A DNA stretch of 64,000 bases from Gemmatimonas sp. (GCA_965279375.1 OZ257156.1:3168001-3232000), one strand, 5' to 3'. Positions 40,301-49,544 are shown, numbered from the stretch's first letter. The notes: generated by a model not told the origin, from the letters alone. Numbers and translations are program-made.

Positions 40301-40946
40301 CGTGCCGCTCCGCACGCCGACGTTGGCGTGCGAGAGAACGCACCTGACTCTGCACTTCGGCGATGAGATCGTCGAGGCGCGCCAGGTCCACCGACGTCTC
40401 CTCGAGACGACGTTCCGCGCTGCGACGACGATCGCGATACAGGCCAACGCCTGCGGCTTCTTCGAACAGTTCGCGCCGCTCGTCCGGACGGTCGGAGAGC
40501 AGGGCATCGATCATCTTGCTTTCGATGACGACGCCAGAGTCTGCGCCCAAGCCGGTGCCGCGCACCAGATCCTGAATGTCGCGCAGACGGCACGGCGCAC
40601 GATTCAGCAAATACTCGCTCTCACCCGAACGCAGCAGGCGGCGCGTCAGCACCACTTCCTTGAACGGGATCGGCAGCTCGCCGTCGTTGTTCTCGAAGTG
40701 CAGCGACACCTCGGCCATGTTCACCTGCTTGCGAGCCGACGAGCCGTGGAAAATCACGTCTTCCATCTTCGCGCCGCGCATGGCGCGCGCACGCTGCTCG
40801 CCGAGCACCCAACGAACCGCGTCGGAGACGTTCGACTTGCCGCTGCCGTTCGGACCGACGATCGCAGTCACACCGCGTTCGAACAGGAACTCGGTGTGAT
40901 CGGCAAACGCCTTGAATCCATGGACCTCGAGCTTCGTGAGCCGCAC
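37356..40946 (-). CDS. smc: Chromosome segregation protein SMC
   Basis: GFKAF, GPNGSGKSN, long coiled coils with hinge, LSSGE signature, LLDEVDAPLD; GTG start overlaps the upstream TAG. Confidence 0.96.
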   Translation of the reverse strand: MRLTKLEVHGFKAFADHTEFLFERGVTAIVGPNGSGKSNVSDAVRWVLGEQRARAMRGAKMEDVIFHGSSARKQVNMAEVSLHFENNDGELPIPFKEVVLTRRLLRSGESEYLLNRAPCRLRDIQDLVRGTGLGADSGVVIESKMIDALLSDRPDERRELFEEAAGVGLYRDRRRSAERRLEETSVDLARLDDLIAEVQSQVRSLARQRRRAERHAELMARRFQVELSLATREMAAWRDELTALDTRLAELQAEVPGADEVIQAAEGARETAHSARATAEASRLELARLASEQRDKTRQLERELAVAEERQRSTLQRRERAEQERKDNEAFGQRLREDRERAVSDRATLESELAEAGEALQQRIAAEQTTREAVQRARAALDQLERQVREHRDQARRLELDREGTGREFAETQQRRDVLELERQQLADAFATIERELVAASEAVALTQSDAQDALHALEGARLAAASARTADAEARSALATVVQQRTAIEGRVHALESLERERVGLAPSAAKLLRERERFGAGAILGPLTDFLTADGEAAKLVERYLGATMHAIVVRDAEAATAIRAWHAQTQPGPLLLLPVDVIAELGVDADALATRVQATGPGVSWVRALLGKVRTADAGESFIDERGAVFLPGTASGPGPLQRKAELTRLEAELQAADLRGDEAMMAADDARIALGEAERAQQVATEASNRAQQEARRADEVQKEVGRRKERAERELQQSSALAERLVTRITELEAKSAKLAEQVEALQARAGEADTAIADAREELSNADREQEQAREARSMCQVTQAQAQARLSVAIDREKRLLEEDSTAAARLESLAKELSTLSSADQQLAEQLAAWRTEMETQQKSLADADGRLADAERMVASSTTALDAAEVALDEARRRSTALGEQLHGAQLRHTELSGRREAIRQRLETEWRRSLEDLLNGFESLEDETEALRTEAQQLRASLDELGPVNPLAIEEHEEEQRRLEFLTSQRNDLVAAKQSLHQAIREIDSTARELFLVTFSQVRENFRQIFLTLFGGGECDLRLENPDQPLDCDIEIHASPRGKKTQRIHLLSSGERALVALSLLFGIFLTKPSPFCLLDEVDAPLDDQNVGRFVKMLNQFKTRTQFIVITHNPRTTTEAADAVYGVTMQEPGVSSVVSVRLRGGNVLDESPASATEDDPNAVELEDVLDAVLAEGDDGPTAGSTPA

Positions 40947-42322
40947 TAGAACGTTCTCCCCGTTCGGTAAACGAGCACTGGCGTGATGCCGAGCGCGCGC
41001 AAGGAATCTGCAAGCGTGGTCGCCTGATTCGGTGACTCGAACGCGCCCGTGTAGACGGTCGCGCTGCCATCCGCTTGCTGCAGTGCATACGCCATCAGGC
41101 CGCGCTTCGTGAGTTCGGCCAGACGTATCGAAACACTTCCCGCCGCCAGTCCAGTCTCGAGCCGGATCGCGTAGGGCACGCTGAGAATGCTGCCGGCGCC
41201 CACGATCTTGTCGGCGCGCAGCTTGTTGAGTTGTGCTTCCGCGCTGGCGCGCGTGGTGGCGGCGCCCACGGTGACGCGGAACCACGGTTCGGCGCCCTCG
41301 GGAACTGGCGACATCGCCACCGCGGAGAGTGCCTTCACGCGTGCGTCAGGCATCGCCGCTTCGCGCGTATTCGCCGTCGCCACGTAGATCGCATAGCGTG
41401 ACGCGTTCGCCGAGTCGGCCGGATTGGCGACGTCGAGCGCCGGACTCGCAGCCGTGGCGGTAGCGCTGTCGTTCGCGAGGCGCGTGGCGTCGGCACCCGT
41501 CGTGTCGCGCAGCACGCTATCGCGCAACGTCGAGTCCATCGGCGTTGGTGGCACAAGCATCGCCGCCGTGTCTGGCGGAGCACCAGCGAATAGAGCGGTG
41601 ATCTGCGGAGGCAACCGGTCACGCAGTTGTGGCCAGAACGCCCCGATGGAGACGGCAACGGCGCCGAGCGCCACGAAAATGGCGATCAGCTTGTTGCGGC
41701 GACGCTCGGAGTTGTCCGATGCCGCTTCGCGCGCACGCGCCGCACTCTCCGGCGCGGGATGCGGCGGCGGTGGCGGCGGAGTAGTGGGCGCGAGAATCAC
41801 CGGCACACCACTCGGCAGCGCAAAGCGCATGTCACCGACGGGCATGACGGAGCCGATGTACTCGCACAGCTCGGCGAAACCGGGGGTGCCTGGCACCGCG
41901 ACGATCAGCAGCAACGCGCCTACCTGGTGAAATCCGGCGGCCAGGCGACGCCAGCGTTCGTTCGCGTAGACCGAATCGTGCGCGACCGCTTCGGTGCCGC
42001 TGGGCATCACGAACACGTTGCCGGATTCGTTCACCGGCTGCGCGATCTTGTTGAGCGAAACGCCGTAGAGAAACGAGTCCGAAATGCCGTGCGGGTCATC
42101 GCCGGTAACCAACGCCTGTAGCGGCGCCACCTCGCCGACGAGATCGGCCACGGCCACCCGACGACGAATGCCTTGCACGCGCGCGATGCCGATCGCGACC
42201 GATGCGGCCGCGATCGGGTCGTTGCCCGCGACGACCGTCGCGAACACCTCATCGAGGAGTGGCGACAGACGCTGCCCTTCGTTTTCCCACGAATTGGGTG
42301 CAGCTGCTGGGATTCCCGTCAC
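40946..42322 (-). CDS. Membrane protein: degenerate MinD/BY-kinase-like N-domain, TM helix and two SPOR-like domains
   Basis: RVAVADL...GISD...VFVMPSG; TM LIAIFVALGAVAVSIGAFW; WFRVTVGA and VYTGAFES...A..L...L SPOR patterns; GTGA overlap with the upstream gene. Confidence 0.7.
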   Translation of the reverse strand: MTGIPAAAPNSWENEGQRLSPLLDEVFATVVAGNDPIAAASVAIGIARVQGIRRRVAVADLVGEVAPLQALVTGDDPHGISDSFLYGVSLNKIAQPVNESGNVFVMPSGTEAVAHDSVYANERWRRLAAGFHQVGALLLIVAVPGTPGFAELCEYIGSVMPVGDMRFALPSGVPVILAPTTPPPPPPHPAPESAARAREAASDNSERRRNKLIAIFVALGAVAVSIGAFWPQLRDRLPPQITALFAGAPPDTAAMLVPPTPMDSTLRDSVLRDTTGADATRLANDSATATAASPALDVANPADSANASRYAIYVATANTREAAMPDARVKALSAVAMSPVPEGAEPWFRVTVGAATTRASAEAQLNKLRADKIVGAGSILSVPYAIRLETGLAAGSVSIRLAELTKRGLMAYALQQADGSATVYTGAFESPNQATTLADSLRALGITPVLVYRTGRTF

Positions 42323-43809
42323 GGTGCGCCTCTGAAAATCCAATAACTCTGTGCGGACGCCTTGCCGATGCGCTCCGCCTCATCGCGGGTTGCATATGGC
42401 CCCATCACCACGCGATAGAGCGTCTTTCCGGCGCGCTCGGAGGTGGTGATGCGCGGCGATTGACCTTCGATCCGAATCTTCCCGGCCACCGAGCGAGCCT
42501 GCTGCTCATCCAGCACGGCCGCGAAGGATACCGTGTAGACCGTCGTCGCGCCCGAATCTGCGCGCCCGGCGGCCGCCTCGGTGCTGTCCGCCGACCCCAG
42601 GTCGGCGCTATCGATCGCTTCGCGCGGGGCGCTCGTCCGGAATTGCACCGGCTGATCGAGCCCCTTCGCGCGCGGCCGGAAGCCATTCCACCGCAGCGCA
42701 TACCAGAAGTCGTTGGCGCCGCCGGCGACCGTCCGGCTGTCGGCCAGTGTCGTGGGGTGGGCCAACACAACGTCGGCGCCACGCGCGAGTGCAATCGAGC
42801 CGTCCGGCAGCACGAGCGGGAGATCGCCGCGCCACGCGCTTCGCACCACACCCTGAACCTCGTCGCTGCCAAGGCTGACCACGAACACCGTGTCGCCGGG
42901 TCCGCGCGCCAGCAGCACGCGCCCCAGCGCATCCATGCGCAGGTCGAGCGCCGGCGTCGGCAACTTGATCTTGCCGTTGAGCCCTTCCTCGAACCGATCG
43001 ATGATGCGGATCGCCCGGTCGTCATCCAGCGCGACGAACAGGCGATCGCCGCTCGGCGTATTGGCGATGGCACGCACCGGATCGCCGAGATCGATGTCGA
43101 GCGCAGGCTGCATGTCGCGGCTGCGGACGACGACCACGGACTCGTTCGCCCCAAAGAAAATGCGGTCACCGACCATGCCGGCGGTCGCGGCGATCGTCTT
43201 GGCCACGGGCGCCGCGTCACCGCCCACATCGAACGACAAGCTGTCCGATACGGTCTGGCCAGGCGGTCGCACGCGCCAGACCACCACGCGCTTGCCGCGA
43301 ACACCGGTCACGATCAACGAACCATCCGCCTGCGCCGACATCGCCGACACGGGCAGCGGCGGCTTGAAGCGCCAGTCACCGCCACTCGGCGTGAACCGCG
43401 TCAGTTCACCGGCGCTGGTGAGTGCATAAATCGCCGAGCCGTCGCTGGAAGAGACCGCGGCGAGGGGATCTTTCCGCTCCGTCGTCACCGACCCCAGACG
43501 CAAATCGATGCGGACCGGCGAACCGCCTGTGTCGACCGCAGCGAGGTAGCCATCCTCGGCGCCGAACGCGATGACGCGCGTCAGGGCGGGCGCCTTGCTC
43601 GATGAGCGCCAGATGACCGAGTCGAGCGATGGATAGGCGTACGCCGACACTGTCCCACCGCCGCGCGAGACGCGCAGGACGACGGGATCGGGACCACCGG
43701 GGACACTGGGAGGGGCGCCGGCTCCAGAGGGGCGGGACGAGCTATCGGCACAGCCGCCGGCAAAGCCGCACGCGAGGAGCACGAGCGCCGTCGCGGAGAG
43801 CGTGCGCAC
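42319..43809 (-). CDS. Lipoprotein-like beta-propeller protein with a C-terminal SPOR domain
   Basis: Hydrophobic N-terminus ending AGGC; beta-rich repeats; LYRVVMGPYATRDEA SPOR motif; start may be 43854. Confidence 0.7.
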   Translation of the reverse strand: MRTLSATALVLLACGFAGGCADSSSRPSGAGAPPSVPGGPDPVVLRVSRGGGTVSAYAYPSLDSVIWRSSSKAPALTRVIAFGAEDGYLAAVDTGGSPVRIDLRLGSVTTERKDPLAAVSSSDGSAIYALTSAGELTRFTPSGGDWRFKPPLPVSAMSAQADGSLIVTGVRGKRVVVWRVRPPGQTVSDSLSFDVGGDAAPVAKTIAATAGMVGDRIFFGANESVVVVRSRDMQPALDIDLGDPVRAIANTPSGDRLFVALDDDRAIRIIDRFEEGLNGKIKLPTPALDLRMDALGRVLLARGPGDTVFVVSLGSDEVQGVVRSAWRGDLPLVLPDGSIALARGADVVLAHPTTLADSRTVAGGANDFWYALRWNGFRPRAKGLDQPVQFRTSAPREAIDSADLGSADSTEAAAGRADSGATTVYTVSFAAVLDEQQARSVAGKIRIEGQSPRITTSERAGKTLYRVVMGPYATRDEAERIGKASAQSYWIFRGAP

Positions 43810-43924
43810 GGCGGAAAGGTACCCGCTGACCCCCAACGAGGGGAGGGGGCGCACGGTGTCCGTACGCCCCCTCTGTGACCCACGTTCAGTTGTCGAGCCC
43901 GCTCACTCCGTCAGACGCGTTCGG

Positions 43925-46900
43925 TCAATACGACGCACCGAAGAACCACGTCCCGAAGCCCTTCGTGTTCGGGCGGTTGAGCGGCACCGCCCAGTCCCAA
44001 CGCACGATCGCGATGTTGAACAAGTTGAGGCGGAAGCCGTAGCCGTAGCTCCTGAGCAGCGCGCGCTGCTTGGAGAAGTCGTAGTTGGACGGCTGCGACA
44101 GCGTCACCGACTGCCCGGCCGACCACGCCACACCGGCGTCGTAGAAAAACAGGCCGTCGAGTGGCGGCAGGCTGATCGGCAGCGAGCGGAGATTCATCGG
44201 GCGGATGATCGGGAAACGCAGTTCCGCACTCGCGAAGGCTACGCGGCTGCCGATCGTTTCCACCGTGTTGCACTGCGAGCCGTCATCGGTCGGCAGTCCG
44301 CTGCACTGGATGCCGCTCAAGTCGTCTCGGTTGTATCCGCGGATGTAGTCGGGGCGCCCGATCCACTTGGGAAACCGCGTCTCGTCCTTGCCCACCGCCA
44401 GGCTGCTCGTAAAGCGCGGCGCGAAGGTGATGTAGTTGAACAGGATGGGGACGTACATGCGCGCATCGACCAGGTACTCCGTCCACTTCCACGTGCCGAT
44501 GTTGGGCTGAATCTGGAGGCGCGCGCGCTTGCCGCTGATCGGGCCTGTGTAGCCGAAGAGCGAGTTGTCCGTTACCCACGCCACATACGGCGACACCCAG
44601 TTGGCCGACGCAATGTTGCGCGTCGGGCCGCGTTCGTAGCCTGTGGCGTATCCGTAGGTGTAGTCCACCAGGCGCGTGAACGGGAAGACCTGCTGGTCCA
44701 CGTTGTTGAAGCGCGCGCCCAACTCATATCGCGTAAAGCGATTGACCGGATACAGCGCCGTCGCGAACACTTCGCGCAGCACGAGCCGATTGATCTCCTG
44801 CGTCTGCTGGTACTGGTTGTTGCCGATATCGGATTGCGTCGCGTTCGAGAGCAGATAGATCGGCTGCTGCGTCACGCCGGTCGTGTACTGCAGTCGCTTG
44901 CCCAGGCTCGTGTAGCCCACGAACACCTGCGCGTCGCTCAACTGCCCGTTGATCGATCCGGAGATCGCCAGTCGGTTGTTGCCCAGCAGGTCGCTCAGCA
45001 CGATGGTGGTGCCGCCGTACGTGCCCTGACCGAAGCCTCCCTGCTGATAGCCGATGCTCGGCTGCGCGATGTACTCGGGCGTGAAGCGCACCTTGTAGCG
45101 CGTGTCGCGGAAGCGCGTGGTGTCCGGCAGGTTGAAATCGAAGCTGTCCATCATCGCGCGCACGCTGATCTGCTCCGACGCACGAGCGGCCGTCAGTTGC
45201 GGCAAATCACTCGAGACACGCGCCAGGTCGGCGTTGGTCGGCCGATAGAACGACTGCCGCGAGACCGTCGTGTCGCGCACGCTGCCACGCCGCAGATGCG
45301 ACGTCGGATCGACTGGAGCGGCTGGCACGACTGGGTTGGCCGCACCCGTCGTCACGCCCGTCGTCACTCCCGGTGCCGTGGCCGACGCGACGCCGGGCAC
45401 GCTCACACTCGGCACGCCCGGAGCACCCGGTGCTCCCGGTACGCCCTGCGCTCCCGGTACGCCCTGCGCCACGAGCGCGGTGGCCGCGCCCGGCTTGAAC
45501 GGCTCCTTCTTGAGCGAACGCGGATTCGGAATCTTCCAGATCGCGTGCTCACCCTTCTCGTAGTACACGAACGCGAGCAGGTCTGCACCGTGCGCCCACG
45601 AAATCGCCGGTGACATCTCGGCGACCGCGTTGATCGCGCCGGCAACGTTCGTCAGCTGGTAGTGCAGCTTGGTGTCGAGGTCGAACAGGAACAGATTCGA
45701 GATGCCCGTGCGATCCGACAGGAAGGCGATGCTCTTGCCGTCCGGCGCCCACTGCGGATTGATGTTGAGCCCAGCCTGCGCCGGAAGTACGGTCACTTTG
45801 GCCGTCTCCAGATCGAACAGGCAGATCTTCATCTTGCCGAACTTGAGGATGCCGTAGTCGGTGTCCTCGCCGCGATCCGATGCGAACGCGATCGTGCGCC
45901 CGTCGGGCGACCACTGCGGCTGCAGATCGCCGTACGAATCCTTGGTGAGCTGTGTGATGCCCGGCGTGTCGAACGACACCATGTACAGGTCGCTCGTGCC
46001 CTGCTTCATGCCGCTGAAAATGATCTTGCGACCGTCCGGCGAGAACGTCGGACTCAACACCTGATCGAGCTGGAAGTCGAAGGTCTTGACCACGTCGCGC
46101 GTCTTCATGTCCAGCACGTACAACACATCGCGCCCACCACGCTGACCGGTGAACGCCAACAGCTTGCCGTCGGGCGAGAACTCGGGCTGCGAGTAGATGT
46201 ACCGGAGCTGCTCGAAGTCGGGATTGGTCGTCGTCTTGACCAGGCGCGCCAGCTTCTTGCCGGTCTGCGCATTCGCGAGATAGAGCTCCGGGAAAACTTC
46301 ACCGCGCAGCAAGCTGCCGTACGCCACGTACGTGATGAACTGTCCATCGGGCGAGAGCGACGGCGCGACGAACAGGCTCGCAATCGAGCCCGAGCGACGC
46401 TGCGACAGCAACGGCTCCGCGAACGAGCGCGGACGCTGCAGGTCGGCGATCTGCGGCAGATACTTCGCGCTCATCGCCTGCTTCCACTCGTCGCTCAGCT
46501 CATCGAGCGACATGCCGATCTCGCGACGGAACGCGCGATCGAGACCAAGGCTCGGCACCGCGTTCATGATCTCGCCGATCACCTCGTCACCCCAGCGCGC
46601 GCCCACGTACTGCCACACGCTCAAACCGTAGCGATACGGGAAGTACTTGTCGGGGCGCTCCATCATCTGCTGGATGCTCGGCAGCGTGCCGTTGACCACG
46701 CCATCGCGCACCCACGCGTCAGTCCACGGATGCTTGTCGCCAATGGAGAAGTATTCGGCGAGTCCTTCAATGAACCAGAGCGGCGGATTGACCATCGCGA
46801 GGTTCTGCAGGCCGCTGCCCGCGCGACCGCGCGAGAAGATGTCGAACTGGAAGACGTGCACCATTTCGTGCTGCAGCACGTGCTCGAAGCTGCCCCAGTC

Positions 46901-47293
46901 GCCGCTGAAGAACTGCGCCATGCGCTGGCGCAGCGGGTCGGTGACACCACCCGTGCCTTCGCCCAGATCGCCAAAGACGTTGCTCTGCGCGAAGTCGCCA
47001 GAGGATCCGAAGATCAGGATCGGCTTCTTCTCGCGGAACTGATGGGCCATCAAACGCGACAGCCGTGCGTACGACCGTTCGGCCATGCGCGCGGCATCAG
47101 GCGCGACGTCGGCAATCTCCGGGTAGTAATGCACCAGGAAATGCTCCGTCTCGATCACACGCCAGCGCAGGTGGTCGTACTGCACCTGATTCTGGCCGAA
47201 ATACCCTTGGGCCCTCGCCGGCGCTGCCATCGCGCTCAGGCCGAGGCCCAGCATTGTTGCCCACCGTGCAATTCGTCCGGCTGTCGGCTTCAC
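43925..47293 (-). CDS. Omp85/BamA-family protein with N-terminal zincin (HExxH) domain and TolB/PD40 propeller
   Basis: HEMVH and PLWFIEGLAEY; repeated P.(F/W)SPDG; IRGY loop motif, ELRFP, C-terminal FFGASY; GTGA overlap with rsfS. Confidence 0.85.
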   Translation of the reverse strand: MKPTAGRIARWATMLGLGLSAMAAPARAQGYFGQNQVQYDHLRWRVIETEHFLVHYYPEIADVAPDAARMAERSYARLSRLMAHQFREKKPILIFGSSGDFAQSNVFGDLGEGTGGVTDPLRQRMAQFFSGDWGSFEHVLQHEMVHVFQFDIFSRGRAGSGLQNLAMVNPPLWFIEGLAEYFSIGDKHPWTDAWVRDGVVNGTLPSIQQMMERPDKYFPYRYGLSVWQYVGARWGDEVIGEIMNAVPSLGLDRAFRREIGMSLDELSDEWKQAMSAKYLPQIADLQRPRSFAEPLLSQRRSGSIASLFVAPSLSPDGQFITYVAYGSLLRGEVFPELYLANAQTGKKLARLVKTTTNPDFEQLRYIYSQPEFSPDGKLLAFTGQRGGRDVLYVLDMKTRDVVKTFDFQLDQVLSPTFSPDGRKIIFSGMKQGTSDLYMVSFDTPGITQLTKDSYGDLQPQWSPDGRTIAFASDRGEDTDYGILKFGKMKICLFDLETAKVTVLPAQAGLNINPQWAPDGKSIAFLSDRTGISNLFLFDLDTKLHYQLTNVAGAINAVAEMSPAISWAHGADLLAFVYYEKGEHAIWKIPNPRSLKKEPFKPGAATALVAQGVPGAQGVPGAPGAPGVPSVSVPGVASATAPGVTTGVTTGAANPVVPAAPVDPTSHLRRGSVRDTTVSRQSFYRPTNADLARVSSDLPQLTAARASEQISVRAMMDSFDFNLPDTTRFRDTRYKVRFTPEYIAQPSIGYQQGGFGQGTYGGTTIVLSDLLGNNRLAISGSINGQLSDAQVFVGYTSLGKRLQYTTGVTQQPIYLLSNATQSDIGNNQYQQTQEINRLVLREVFATALYPVNRFTRYELGARFNNVDQQVFPFTRLVDYTYGYATGYERGPTRNIASANWVSPYVAWVTDNSLFGYTGPISGKRARLQIQPNIGTWKWTEYLVDARMYVPILFNYITFAPRFTSSLAVGKDETRFPKWIGRPDYIRGYNRDDLSGIQCSGLPTDDGSQCNTVETIGSRVAFASAELRFPIIRPMNLRSLPISLPPLDGLFFYDAGVAWSAGQSVTLSQPSNYDFSKQRALLRSYGYGFRLNLFNIAIVRWDWAVPLNRPNTKGFGTWFFGASY
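45432..45467. repeat. Exact 18-bp tandem duplication inside a Gly/Pro-rich linker (AQGVPG x2)
   Basis: gctcccggtacgccctgc x2; nearby cccgtcgtcac x2 at about 45345-45367. Confidence 0.85.
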
Positions 47294-47673
47294 CGCGCGC
47301 CCCCTATGGCAGCACCGAGTTGGACCGTCGTCGCGTCGCCCCACAGCCGTTCCAGCTGGTAGTACTGACGCATCGTCGGGTGAAACACGTGCACCACGCA
47401 GTCGTGGTAATCCAGCAGTGCCCACCGACCCTGCGTGAGCCCTTCGGTCATATTGGTAGACACGCCAGACGTTCGAAGCCCTGCCTGCACATGTTCGGCA
47501 ATCGAGCGGACATGTGTATCGGACGTGCCACTGGCAATAACAAAGAAGTCGGTCATGTCCGTCACACCGCGCAGATCCAGCACGACGATGTCGTTCGCCT
47601 TCAGCTCGTTCGCCAGTTCGGCGGCACGGCGGGCGGTGAATTCTCCGGAGTCTGTGACGCGGGCTGCAGCCAT
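47290..47673 (-). CDS. rsfS: Ribosome silencing factor
   Basis: KANDIVVLDL, DFFVIASGTS, W.LLDY.D.VVHVF, YYQLERLWGD. Confidence 0.95.
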   Translation of the reverse strand: MAAARVTDSGEFTARRAAELANELKANDIVVLDLRGVTDMTDFFVIASGTSDTHVRSIAEHVQAGLRTSGVSTNMTEGLTQGRWALLDYHDCVVHVFHPTMRQYYQLERLWGDATTVQLGAAIGGAR

Positions 47674-47935
47674 GATTCGTTGGGCGGGACGACAGGGAAG
47701 GGAACGGCGTACGAATGCTACGCCGTGATACCCGGCGCGGTTCTGCGGGGTTCGCGGAGGTTCGCGCCGGGCCGACTCCAGACAGTATGCGTGTTGGCGC
47801 CACGGACACAACCACCGGACCGTCCCGGTCGTGCCAGACGACACCGATTCCCCAAACGACACGAGGCCGTCGCGGTGAGCGACAGCCTCGTGAGAACTCT
47901 CAGCAGACGGGATGAACCGCCTGTGTATTGCCGAG

Positions 47936-48379
47936 TTACTGCTTGATGACCCAGACCTTGATCTCGGGCTTCACGTCGGCGTGCAGACGCACACCCACGC
48001 GATAGACGCCGAGGGCCTTGATCGGCTCATTGAGCTCGATCTGGCGCTTCTCGATCTTGTAGCCCTGCGCCTCGAGCTGGTGGGCGATGTCGGCCGTGGT
48101 GACGGAGCCGAACAACTTGCCCTCTTCGCCGACGCGTGCCGCGAAGGTCACCGAGACTTCGCCCAGCTTCTCGGCGATCTGCGCCGCTGCGTTGCGACGC
48201 TCGGCCTCAGCGGCCTCGAGGCGGTTCTTTTCCGCTGCGATGCGCTTGCGGTTGCCTTCGGTGGCTTCGTAGGCGAAGCCGCGCGGCAGGAGGAAGTTGC
48301 GGGCGTAGCCGGACGACACGGAGACGATGTCACCCGGATGGCCGAGCTTGTCGATGGCGTTGCGAAGAATGACTTCCAT
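47936..48379 (-). CDS. rplI: 50S ribosomal protein L9
   Basis: MEVIL..LG..GD.V.V..GYARNFLLP, GKLFGSVT, PIKALG. Confidence 0.97.
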   Translation of the reverse strand: MEVILRNAIDKLGHPGDIVSVSSGYARNFLLPRGFAYEATEGNRKRIAAEKNRLEAAEAERRNAAAQIAEKLGEVSVTFAARVGEEGKLFGSVTTADIAHQLEAQGYKIEKRQIELNEPIKALGVYRVGVRLHADVKPEIKVWVIKQ

Positions 48380-48406
48380 GAGAACTCCGGGTCGAACCGG
48401 TAGAGA

Positions 48407-49543
48407 TTAGAGCAGCGACGACGGTCGGCGCGTGCCGACGCGGAAATCGCGCCAGGTGTCGCCCAACCCGAGTCCGAACGTGGTCGCCAAGACGATGGCG
48501 AGCACCCAGACCGGGCCGAGGAGCGGAATCAGAATCAGCAAAGCGATCAGCGCCATGACAGCGACGCGATCTGGGATCCACCACGTCAGCACACCCGCCC
48601 CGCGAAGCGCGTACAGCGTGCCAAAGAAACAAACGAAGTTCGCACCGGGCGTCCGCCATTCCGTCAGGGCGGGGAGGAGCAGGAACGTCACTCCAACCAC
48701 CAACCCCCAGACCAGCTGATCGTTGAACCGGAGATCACGCAGCTGACCGAGCGGAGGCCCGATGCGCACGCGCGACAACCGATGGTACGCTGCCCAGCCC
48801 AACCCGAGCGCCAGAAGCGACTCGAGTGCGAGCAGTGCAGGAGCCAGCAACAGCAGCGGACCGTGCGACGCCGTGGGACCGGAAACCGGCTCACCGAGCG
48901 CTGGCAGGATCGTCGCCATCTTTTCCGCACGCGCTGCCGCTTCCGGCATACGCTTCGCAAACGATTGCCACGACCCCGAATCCGTGCGGCGATGCCACGA
49001 GGCCAACGCTTCGCCGAGGCGACGCTGGTACTCGCTGCCGAGCATACGCGTGGCTTCGTCGAAGGGACTCGAATCCGCCGGCGCCCGACTGGACACCCCC
49101 GCCACCGTGACCGCACCCGCCAGTGCCACCGCCGCCAGCGCGCGCCCGAGAAACGGTCGCGCACTCGTCGCCAGACATACCAGCCCGAACGCGGCACCGA
49201 GCGACAGTGCCCACCCGCGCACGAACGCTCCGTAACCGACCAGCGGCAGCGGAACGAACCAAACCACCGCCGCCGCCAGCGCCACCCAGAGCAAGAGGCC
49301 GAGCACTCGCCCGCCCGCCCACCAGCCCACCAGCGCACAGGTCGCGAGCGACACCAGTACCAGCAGCGCGAACTGCTCGACCGGCAGCAGCAGGCGAACG
49401 AGTCCAGCGAGCAGAGCAACGGCCGGCGGCCAGACCGGCGCCGCCGTGATCACCACCATGAGCACGAGCGCGACGACAAACCATCGCCACCCGCGCTCCT
49501 GCGGAGCAGTCGCGGCGGAGCCCGACGCGACCGCTCCTGTCAT
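48407..49543 (-). CDS. YybS/DUF2232-like membrane protein
   Basis: Polytopic protein between rpsR and rplI; C-terminal LGLGDTWRDFR. Confidence 0.75.
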   Translation of the reverse strand: MTGAVASGSAATAPQERGWRWFVVALVLMVVITAAPVWPPAVALLAGLVRLLLPVEQFALLVLVSLATCALVGWWAGGRVLGLLLWVALAAAVVWFVPLPLVGYGAFVRGWALSLGAAFGLVCLATSARPFLGRALAAVALAGAVTVAGVSSRAPADSSPFDEATRMLGSEYQRRLGEALASWHRRTDSGSWQSFAKRMPEAAARAEKMATILPALGEPVSGPTASHGPLLLLAPALLALESLLALGLGWAAYHRLSRVRIGPPLGQLRDLRFNDQLVWGLVVGVTFLLLPALTEWRTPGANFVCFFGTLYALRGAGVLTWWIPDRVAVMALIALLILIPLLGPVWVLAIVLATTFGLGLGDTWRDFRVGTRRPSSLL

Positions 49544-49544
49544 A

